Shown piece after piece: positions 53,010 through 64,000 of a stretch of 64,000 nucleotides of DNA (its first letter is position 1; each line of letters opens with the position of its first letter). The notes under the pieces are model-generated. The model was not told where the DNA came from, made no database searches, and saw only the letters and a program-made list of their open reading frames with translations. Origin of the DNA: Eledone cirrhosa (taxonomy: Eukaryota); assembly GCA_964016885.1 (NCBI GenBank), contig OZ024742.1, forward strand, positions 144,894,001 through 144,958,000, given 5' to 3'. A program made the position numbers and the translations under genes.

Positions 53010-53550
53010 CTGTCGAATTGTACCGGGACAACGGCTTGGTGCTGTCCCAAAATTGCAAAGGATATACAATAGAATGCGTCCGTAAAGAACAAATACCCAC
53101 CTTCCATAACACAGATCTTAAGATTTCTGAATATACTAACCTCACTAATTCTAATTTGCTAGACCTAATCACCGGTTCTTACAAACCCTTCCATAAACCT
53201 AACGAGAAACTTATATAAAATAAAGAATCTTGTTACTCAACTCTAATCTTTAAAAACCTAATCCCAAATATATCATAGAATTTCTAAGCTATCCTCCTCC
53301 AAAGATACAGACAGTCCTACTAGATCGCGGCTTCAAAGATAAACTTCAACATAACCCAAACACTTCCCTTCCAAATAAATCCAGGAACAAAAACAGAACA
53401 GTAAACTTATTCGCAGCACCTTTCCCAATAAATATTAAGGCCAACGTAGGTAAGAAATTCCTGTCTTTAACAGATAAACATTTCCCATCACAGAAAAAGT
53501 ACAATAATATATTCAGCAGGCGCTTCGTCAAAATCAGTTACTCATGTACA
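53010..53550 (+). pseudogene. Old PLE RT fragment
   Basis: YRDNGL, LDLITGSYKPFHKPNEKL and VGKKFLSLTDKHFP...VKISYSC align to the 26224 ORF. Confidence 0.85.
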
Positions 53551-53599
53551 CCTTTCATATGGTCATACATAATAGCAATAGCGGAGGGTGTGGTGGTAA

Positions 53600-54205
53600 A
53601 TCCATCTCACAAGTGTCTCGATTTCTCACTGGCTCGTGTGACTTCAGATGGTTGACAAATCCAGCTCGCGATAGAAGAAATCTTCCACATGTATTGCATC
53701 TCAGTTCCTGCTATATTTTTGCAGGCAGTGCACTTGGGTCCTGCTTAGGGAGTGAACGCTTCAAAAAAGCATGCTCCACTTGCTTTTCCTTGATGATCAT
53801 TCTCCATGATCATTCAGCCAATGCCTCCCAGTTCTCCATACCAATCTTCAGAGCTATAAGATTGATTTTTATAACTTCCTTAAACCGCTTCTTTGGTCTA
53901 TGATGTAGCTTTTTTCCTCTGACCACATGACCAGCCCAATACATCTGGTTCATAATAAGATTTTCTCAATACTGGTGCTACCCGCTTTCTCAAGTACAAC
54001 AGCATCGGGTGTAAAAGAACACCATTTGATCTTCAAGGTGCATTGGATACAATACTGATGAAACCTTTCCAGCTGCCTGATGTGATGCCTGTAAGTTGTC
54101 AACATTTCGCATCCGTATAGTAAGACCATAAAAACACAGACTTCATACACAGTGACCTCTGCTTTTCTCGTGATAGCGCGACCTCTATTCCTTAAAAAGT
54201 ACACT
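53600..54205 (-). pseudogene. RTE (BovB-like) LINE ORF 3' fragment
   Basis: VYEVCVFMVLLYGCEMLTTYRHHIRQLERFHQYCIQCTLKIKW, followed by WAGHVVR. Confidence 0.85.
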
Positions 54206-54476
54206 AGATGATTATGGCTTAAATTACTCTGATCATATGCTTGCTCAAACAGAGTCGATGATGGGGACTAAACAACAACAAACACAATAACAGGATTGGC
54301 CTCACCTTCTTCAGTCATCAGATTGCGGTTTTACTGAAGCACCACGTTAAACCGATTTAGTCGATCAAATCGACACCGGTAATTATTGTAAGCCTAGTAC
54401 TCATTTTATCTATATTTTTATAATAGGACATAATCACACACACATAATCACACACACATACGCGCACATACATACT

Positions 54477-54569
<93 letters not shown>

Positions 54570-54586
54570 GCACGCACACACACGCA

Positions 54587-54684
<98 letters not shown>

Positions 54685-54714
54685 AAGAGAGAGAGACAGA
54701 GAGAGAGGGGGTAG

Positions 54715-55190
54715 GTTTTGGTTAAGCTATTCAGCCTACGATCGTGAGATTGTGTGTCTTTGTGCAAGGTACTTCATTCTACGTTGTTGCAGTTCACGAG
54801 CCTGGCAAAAATGACTTGTACTTCAAAGGGCCAGCCATGTCACACTGTGTTACACTGCATATCCATGAGAATTGCGTTATTGGTACATTTCTCTGTTGAC
54901 TGCTCAACCACTTGCAAGCAAATATCACCAGCAGGCTACTCCTTTGATCAAACAACTGGAACATTCATTGTCGAAACCAATGGAGGTACAATACGCACAA
55001 GACATACATAAACACACATACACACAATCTCTCCTGGACAGAATGTCAGTACATCACCACCTGATACTGCTGGTACTCATTTTCAGCGGAGTATACTGGA
55101 GCAACGTGGAAATAAGTATTTGGCTCAAGAATACAACACGAACCCACGATATTGTTATCATAAATCCAACACCTTAACATCTAGGCCATT
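54715..55190. mobile_element. Two diverged family-2-related SINE copies in opposite orientation
   Basis: ttgtgcaaggtacttcattctacgttg (plus) and ctggagcaacgtggaaataagtatttggctcaagaatacaac (minus). Confidence 0.65.
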
Positions 55191-55784
55191 TATCAACTCG
55201 AAGCTATAGAAGAGTACAGTTGCTGCAAGTGACGCACAGTGTTCGTGAACCTAAATGCACATGGTTGCAAAGCGAACTCCTTAACCACACTGTTCTGCCT
55301 GCGTCCATCTGTAATATATGAGGTTATATTTCTAACAAAGCAAAATACTTCCTTGGTTATGATTATTCCCTATAAGCTATATTATAAATTATGCCGTATT
55401 AGGAAATAATATGTACAGGTTATTTAATCTGGAACAAACATCTTACCTACATCTGACCATGAGATAAAGAGGGAAGATTCAGTATTCAAACTGATTACTT
55501 TAAATAATTGGCCTTGACATTTCTTAATGGGCATGGTAAGAAAAAAATTCCTCTGACAGGAAATGGAAGTAATTAAGAGAGAGGTTTTGCTGGAGGCATA
55601 CACCACATTCATTCTTATTCTGCCAGCGAAATTCCGTCTGGCAGCAGTAGTATTTGAGGTTAAGGCTCTTTTCAGGTTTGGCTTTTGTGTGTTTGGGGTG
55701 AAAGAAAGAAAAATGTATGTAAACTTTAGAAAGTGTTTAAAGAGTTAATAAACAAAATACGAACACATAGATACACAAGCATGC

Positions 55785-56477
<693 letters not shown>

Positions 56478-56479
56478 GA

Positions 56480-56641
56480 GACGGCTGAGACAGCTAGGTC
56501 TGAACTGTTCAGACCTAGCTGTCGAAACGGCCGGAGCTCAGCCGTCGGGGTCCTGACTCTTTTCCTATCACCCACTCTACTACCCAGTATCGAGTACTTT
56601 GGTGCGTTAGGTTCACCTGGTTACTAACCATACTTCCTTCG

Positions 56642-56645
<4 letters not shown>
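56480..56645. repeat. Hairpin-rich dispersed repeat related to 10141-10280
   Basis: Perfect hairpin gacagctaggtctgaac-t-gttcagacctagctgtc followed by gaaacggccg. 56565-56645 is the reverse complement of 10141-10225. Confidence 0.8.
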
Positions 56646-56673
<28 letters not shown>

Positions 56674-56677
<4 letters not shown>

Positions 56678-56880
56678 ATAATAATAAATTTGAAGACTAA
56701 AATCCAAAGAGGGCTCGATAAGGATAAATATATATCAAATATATAAGAACTGTAGAGCAAATATTTATTTATTAAAATAACAGATTAAAGTTTAAGCAAA
56801 GAATCGCTGCTTTCACCCTTAACGTTAAGGGTGAAAGCAGCGATTCTTTGCTTAAACTTTAATCTGTTATTTTAATAAAC
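56674..56880. mobile_element. Fold-back solo terminus of PLE family A in (TA)n
   Basis: Perfect palindrome centred on cccttaacgttaaggg. Confidence 0.92.
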
Positions 56881-57659
56881 ATATATATATATATATATAT
56901 ATATGAATAAAGTTAGTCCTTCATCAGTGATCTTCCAACCATCATTGGTATTTCATCGCTTTAAAGACCATATACCTCCGGTTGGTGCGAGCAACGGCTA
57001 AAAAAAGTCGTTGGGACACGTAAATAAAGGGGACACGAGTGTAAACAAACAAAAATGGTGAAGCAACGAAAAGTGAGGAAGAAGGAGTCAAGTCCCAAAT
57101 TTCTATGAATTTAAATTCGGTGAAATCGTGAACGAGAGAGAATAAAGACCATCAAACCTGGTTGAAATGTGAGCAAGGAAGGAATTTCGCATAGGTCTAA
57201 CGGGAGGAAGAAGGGGTCTAGTCTGTGAATTCAGTAAACATAAGTTCTGTGAAATCGTAGACGAGAGAGAGAAAAAATGCCGACCGGCCTGGCCAAGCGT
57301 GCGAAAGAAAAGAATTACGCACAGGTCAAACGGGAAGAAGGAGGAGGAGGAGAGGTAGTAACAGAGAATGAGTGAGTGAAGGGCGAGGAAGAGGCTAACA
57401 GAGAGAGTGACTGCTAGAGAGGGTAAAGATACAGAAAAAGAGGAAGCAGTAAGAACGAAATAGACGGGTCACAGCGGGGAAAAAAATATGTGTAAATACG
57501 AGACTAAACGTGCTGCGGGGTTGCTAATGGGTTACATATGAATAAAGTTAGTCCTTCATCAGTTATATATATATATATATATATATACGTAGGTCCCGGG
57601 TTGAGTCGGGGATAACCATAGTAAGTAAGGTACTCAATACATGGCAGAGTAAATTTTTT

Positions 57660-57769
57660 TATTTTATAGAAGGAGCTTCTACAGGACTAGTAGTGTTTCA
57701 TTCAGATGAAATCTTCCTGAAGATATCATCTGAATGAAACAGTACTAGTCCTGTAGAAGCTCCTTCTAT

Positions 57770-57775
<6 letters not shown>
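57660..57775. repeat. Palindrome folding back at a hammerhead core
   Basis: Centre tcttc-ct-gaaga. The right arm reads CTGAAGA tatcatctgaat GAAA cagtactagtc. Confidence 0.8.
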
Positions 57776-58454
<679 letters not shown>

Positions 58455-58652
58455 AAGTGAAACAGAAATAACAACACAATCGGTACAGTATATGGGCGGA
58501 ATATATTAGTTTACGCTTGAAATAGCAGGAAGAGAGTCTTAACGTTTCACCAGAAGAAAGAATGAGAAATTAGAAAGATTGAAGGGGCGGGCAGGGTGGA
58601 ATCAGAAAAAATGTTTTTAGAGAGAAATAACAGGTCCATCCATGTTGCCATC

Positions 58653-58691
<39 letters not shown>

Positions 58692-59141
58692 AAAATGGGG
58701 AGAAAAATACTGCTGGTAGCACATGGATAACATGTAATAAAATAAGTCCCTCATCAGTGATTTGCCGACGATCATAGATATTTCATTGCATTAAAAATCA
58801 TATACCTCACGTACCCATAATACTCTTGATTGCCCGCTTAAAGTGCTTGTATTCCATATAACACCTTGCCGCACTATAATCTTATATAAATAAGACACAC
58901 GTGCATGCCCCACGTGTAACTATTGCATACACTAACTACTTCAAACTATCCTCTTGCATTATCTTCGTAAACTGCCGATGTTGTATTTTAACTTTAATTT
59001 TGTTTTAATTTTTGAATGTAAATTGCCATGCTAAAATATTACAATGGATGTCACCCCACTGTGCATCGATATATACATATGTTTCTGTATGTCTCTTGTG
59101 TTGGAAAGGAGGTCATGTATGTAAACAATCATTGAAAAATT

Positions 59142-59186
59142 GTTCCGAAGACTCCAAACCTCGGTTTGGACGAAACAATTGTAAGC
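59142..59186 (+). ncRNA. Hammerhead-like motif (CCGAAGA core)
   Basis: gtt CCGAAGA c-tccaaacc-tc-ggtttgga-c GAAA caattg TA agc. Confidence 0.6.
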
Positions 59187-59404
59187 TAATAAATGGTTTG
59201 AACTGAACTTTGATTCATGTAATTTCTATATAACTGCTCTGTAGAACAACTGATGTTATTACATTGAGCTATTTATCTTACTGGTAATAAGGTAGTAATA
59301 AATTACTGTCTTTCACTGTTTAGGGTTTAAAATATATATAACTATATAAGGTTTTAGTATATACATAACCATAAATAGTATCCTTAATACTATATATATA
59401 TTTA

Positions 59405-59492
<88 letters not shown>

Positions 59493-60552
59493 TATATATA
59501 TGTGTCTGCGCGTGCATGTCTCTGTATGTGTGTTAGTAAATGCGTGAGTGTTTGCCCATTTAACTAGATGTGAATAAACTACGAAAAGAATTACCGTTGC
59601 AAAAGTTAAGAGTATTTCATAGTATTCGAATGTGTGAGAGCTGGAGGCCAAAGATAACAACAGCATAAAAATATCGAAGGGAATTTATACATTTAAAACG
59701 TGTTTGAATATCTCAGAAAATCATATAATATAATAATTAAAAGCGATATTTAAAGGAATATGATTTCGTGCATTAAAACAATTACATAAATCTGGGGTTG
59801 AATATGGTAGTTCATTATGCCACACTTAATTAGTTCAACAGCATAGGGGAAAATTAACTTAACTTCGACAGGATTTTCAACCCTTTATCACCACAAGCAA
59901 AGCAAGACAATAAAGCCATTAAAATGCAAGGGCTTCCTGAGAAAGGAAAAGGATAAGACTGAGAATATAATTCAATAAGAGAGAACATGATGATTGATGT
60001 TGCTTTTGAATTTTTGCATATTTTAGCGATTAGAAAAGCAAGAAGTCGGAAGAGATTTCCATAGGCGAGATGTGCGAGAGAAGAACCTAGCAATAGAATT
60101 TGCGTTTATATTTATGAATTTCAGAACATAAATACAAGAAAGTAAAATGTTACCAAGACTCTACCAATTCTGCTTTGCCGCAGGTACAGAGAGTGATGTT
60201 TAAAATATAATAAAACCAAAATATTCTGTCTGAGCTAAACAGTAGTTAAAATCAATATATAATGCTTCACTAGATTTAGTTAGCGCTGTAGGTAAAATAA
60301 GAGGTTCGCTTCACGACCACTTTGCTTTGGATTTGACCCTACTACTCTGACACTTTGATGAAAGAGGTTCTACTGTAGCGTTGAATTGAACAAGGAATTT
60401 TGTTAGACGGAAACACTGCAGAAACCCTATCTGTATACACACACACACACAATGCGATGAAATACCAATGATCGTTGGTAAATCACTGATGAGGGACTAA
60501 TTTTATAATATGTAATCCATGTGCAACCATGCAGTATTCTTCTCCCCATATT

Positions 60553-60599
<47 letters not shown>

Positions 60600-60600
<1 letters not shown>

Positions 60601-61311
60601 TAGCTAAACTACCCGTCCTTTGGACAGTTCAAGTACCTTTCGATGTAGCTCATTAAACTAAAAAAGTAAATTTGAATACATAAAAGAAAAACGTACTTTA
60701 TGTAAACATGAAAACCTTAGGCACTATTCCAGCGAAATAATTAATATGTGAGCTCGGTGTCTTTTTTGACAACAGTAAAAGCGCATCATGAAATAGAGAA
60801 GTGAAGTAAATAATAGACACTATTATGTACAAAGCATAATATTGTAAAACTTATGACATCACTTAATGTATGAACATCAAGCTTTAAACGATATATTATA
60901 CAATGTCAAATCTATAACTTAACTTAGTAATCTGTTAGAAATTGCTGGTTGTGAAATATACAAAATGATATTGTTAGTCTCAAGGAAGCGTAGCTTTTGT
61001 TTCAAGTACAAAGAGTAAATTAAAATCCGAATAAGACGAATTACGAAAGATAACTCTTGTCTGACTTAAAGATAACTCTTGTCTTACTTAATCACGAAAA
61101 TTAACACAAATAACCGAAATTTTTTAATGTCTCCAAAGGCCTCAATATCGATTTTTAAAAGACTTTGTAGATCATGTACAGGTTTTGTGCAAGGAGAAGC
61201 TCTGTAAAAAATTTCAAAGAAATCGCACGAATGGTTTAGAATATATGAGCCCTCATTAAAATTTGTCCACACACACGCATACAGAAAACTTCGTCTTTAT
61301 ATATACACAGA
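60600..61311 (-). mobile_element. Non-autonomous Helitron
   Basis: Minus strand A|TC start (tctgtgtatatataaagacg...), subterminal hairpin ctgtccaaaggacggg and CTAG|T end. Confidence 0.82.
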
Positions 61312-61417
61312 TATACATATATATATATATACATATATATACATATATATACATATATATATGCATATATATATATATATACATATATATATGCATATAT
61401 ATATATACATATATATA

Positions 61418-61473
<56 letters not shown>

Positions 61474-61478
<5 letters not shown>

Positions 61479-62238
61479 ATAATAATAAATTTGAAGACTA
61501 AAATCCAAAGAGGGCTCGATAAGGATAAATATATATCAAATATATAAGAACCGTAGAGCAAATATTTATTAAAATAACAGATTAAAGTTTAAGCAAAGAA
61601 TCGCTCTGCTTTCACCCTTAACAGGATCTTCTGAAACTAAAAATATCAATCTGTGAACGCAGAAGTAAATATTTCGATAAACCTTGCAACCGAAGGAAGA
61701 CAGGAAGACGATAGTTTGTTTCGTGGAAACGTTCCCTGGCAAAGAACGGAAAAAAATGAAGATGATACGTTATAAATTGGAGCGGTGAAAACAATTACAC
61801 GCAAAGACAAAACCACGTTTATGGTAAAAATGAAGTCGTAGACTAATATTCTATTAGGTGGTTCGTGGAGACGTTCTCTGGCAATGAACGAAAAAAACGA
61901 AGATAATACGTCATTATGTGGAGCGGTGAGAGCAATTACACGCAAAGACAAAACCACGTTTATGGTATAACTGAAGTCGTAGACTAAAATTCTATTTAGG
62001 AAACCGAATGATACTGTAAATAAATTACAGAGGTTATTGAAATCAACAAAAATTAAATATAAACATGCACGCATCCGTATACGTACATACACATGCATAC
62101 GCGAAAACACCCGCCATGTGCATGCAAATACAAGCACGTACACAAAAAACCCCGCATACACATACAGAACTCACGCAACGCCTGTACCCGTTCACATACG
62201 AATGTATACGCCAAATACACATAAAAAATATATATAAA

Positions 62239-62274
<36 letters not shown>

Positions 62275-62914
62275 ATGTATACATATAATTATATAAACGT
62301 ATATACGTATTTATGTGTGTATATTTCTATACGTTTATATAATTATATGTATACACAGACACACACATATATAAATATATATATTTTATTTTTATATATA
62401 TTTTTTATGTGTATACGTTCGTATGTTTGCGGGTTCAGGCGTTGCGTGAGTTCTGTATGTGTGTGCGTGGTTTTATTGTGTACGTGCTTGTATTTGCATA
62501 CACATGGCGGGTGTTTTCGCGTATGCATGTGTATGTACGTATACAGATGCGTGCATGTTTATATTTAATTTTTGTTGATTTCAATTACCTCTGTAATTTA
62601 TTTACATTATTCTTAACTCTGAAGCCGAGTATCATTCGGTTTCCTAAATAGAATATTAGTCTACGACTTCAGTTATACCATAAACGTGGTTTTGTCTTTG
62701 CGTGTAATTGTTTTCACCGCTCCAATTTATGACGTATTATCTTCATTTTTTTCCGTTCTTTGCCAGGGAACGTTTCCACGAACCAAAGTATCGTCTTCCT
62801 GTCTTCCATCGGTTGCAAGGTTTTACTTCTGCGTTCACAGATTGATATTTTTAGTTTCAGAAGATCCAGTTAAGGCTGAAAGCAGTGATTCTTTGCTTAA
62901 ACTTTAATCTGTTA

Positions 62915-62920
<6 letters not shown>
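61474..62920. mobile_element. ORF-less fold-back derivative of the PLE family A 3' region
   Basis: 61474-62010 is homologous to 25120-25650. 62400-62920 is an inverted copy. CAGAAGA hammerheads at 61586-61638 (-) and 62853-62903 (+). (TA)n flanks. Confidence 0.9.
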
Positions 62921-62997
<77 letters not shown>

Positions 62998-63279
62998 GTG
63001 TGTACACTCAATATTCTTAAAGAGCAGAGTGAGAATAGTATAAAAAAAACGAAAGGTCAGTGATGCATCTGGACTCAGTTTATTGCGTGTTACAATTGTT
63101 TCGCTGGCAGGTAGCTCGAGACATGATCACTGTATGGATCTGGCTGATTCTACGGCTGCAGGTTCCTTCGGACACATGCAATTCTTTCGGGGCAAATTTT
63201 CTCACTGGGGTGTTATCATCAAAAAACACCTTCAAAAAACATCTTCCACTCTTGTCATGCCATTGGGTGTTGTTTTTCT

Positions 63280-63321
<42 letters not shown>

Positions 63322-63346
63322 TATATTATATTATATTATATTAATG

Positions 63347-63536
63347 GGCGGTGGGTTGGCAGTATCGGTAGAGGGTTGGACGCCATGCTTTGACGCATAG
63401 AGTTACGGCTCTTGCCATTCTCAGTTCAAATCCCGCCGAGGTTAACTTTGCCTTTCATCCTTACGGGGTCGATAAAATAAAGTACCAGTAATGCACTGGG
63501 TAATTACTGGCCTTGTGCCAAAAGTAGAAATAATTA
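63347..63536 (+). mobile_element. SINE family 1 in an (ATTAT)n tract
   Basis: Family consensus. Confidence 0.9.
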
Positions 63537-63757
63537 TATTATATTATATTATATTATATTATATTATATTATATTAAGTATAAATCGAAGTTGTAGCTGA
63601 AATGGGACAGATACCAATCGAATTATTTGAGACAGTCACAAAGCAATCAATGGTGAGAAATATTAATAAATTTCTCGACCAGAGTTATCATATGATGTTA
63701 TATAGGGTGACACCATGAACGGCTGAGCTCTTGCAGTTTCAACAGCAGTTCCATACT

Positions 63758-63846
<89 letters not shown>

Positions 63847-64000
63847 ACACGGGTGTCTATGATTGTGTATAGAAGATTATATTAATAAGAGGAATTCCAA
63901 CTTTATCTGATTTACTCGTTTTATTTACAATCCTTTAAAATGTATAATGGTATTATAATGAAATAGTATGATAGAATATTAAATTCTAAGTGTTAATTGA

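Noticed and set aside
55424-55700. Open minus-strand frame ending at a splice-donor-like ag|gtaaga
   Set aside because: No recognisable protein similarity and no partner exons.

Overview
AT-rich, microsatellite-dense animal DNA. The SINE content looks cephalopod/octopus-like, which is an inference. I found no supportable host protein-coding exon, and the window is almost entirely transposon-derived. It contains a near-intact Penelope-like retroelement (PLE; RT + GIY-YIG, 26224-28344, minus) with a rearranged second copy and several older PLE fragments. It also holds two hAT DNA transposons with exact 8-bp target-site duplications, an L1/Tx1-type ORF1, RTE, CRE and mariner fragments, Helitron-like elements, two tRNA-derived SINE families and a 200-N gap. 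The main unexplained signal is about 20 type-I hammerhead-ribozyme motifs, folded by eye, in roughly 11 apparently unrelated repeat families. Most lie next to (TA)n tracts, and many sit in fold-back palindromes or in tandem 470-540 bp retrozyme-like units. The young PLE family carries a non-canonical core (CAGAAGA, U4A) in all four complete copies. Most short ORFs in the track are microsatellite translations.
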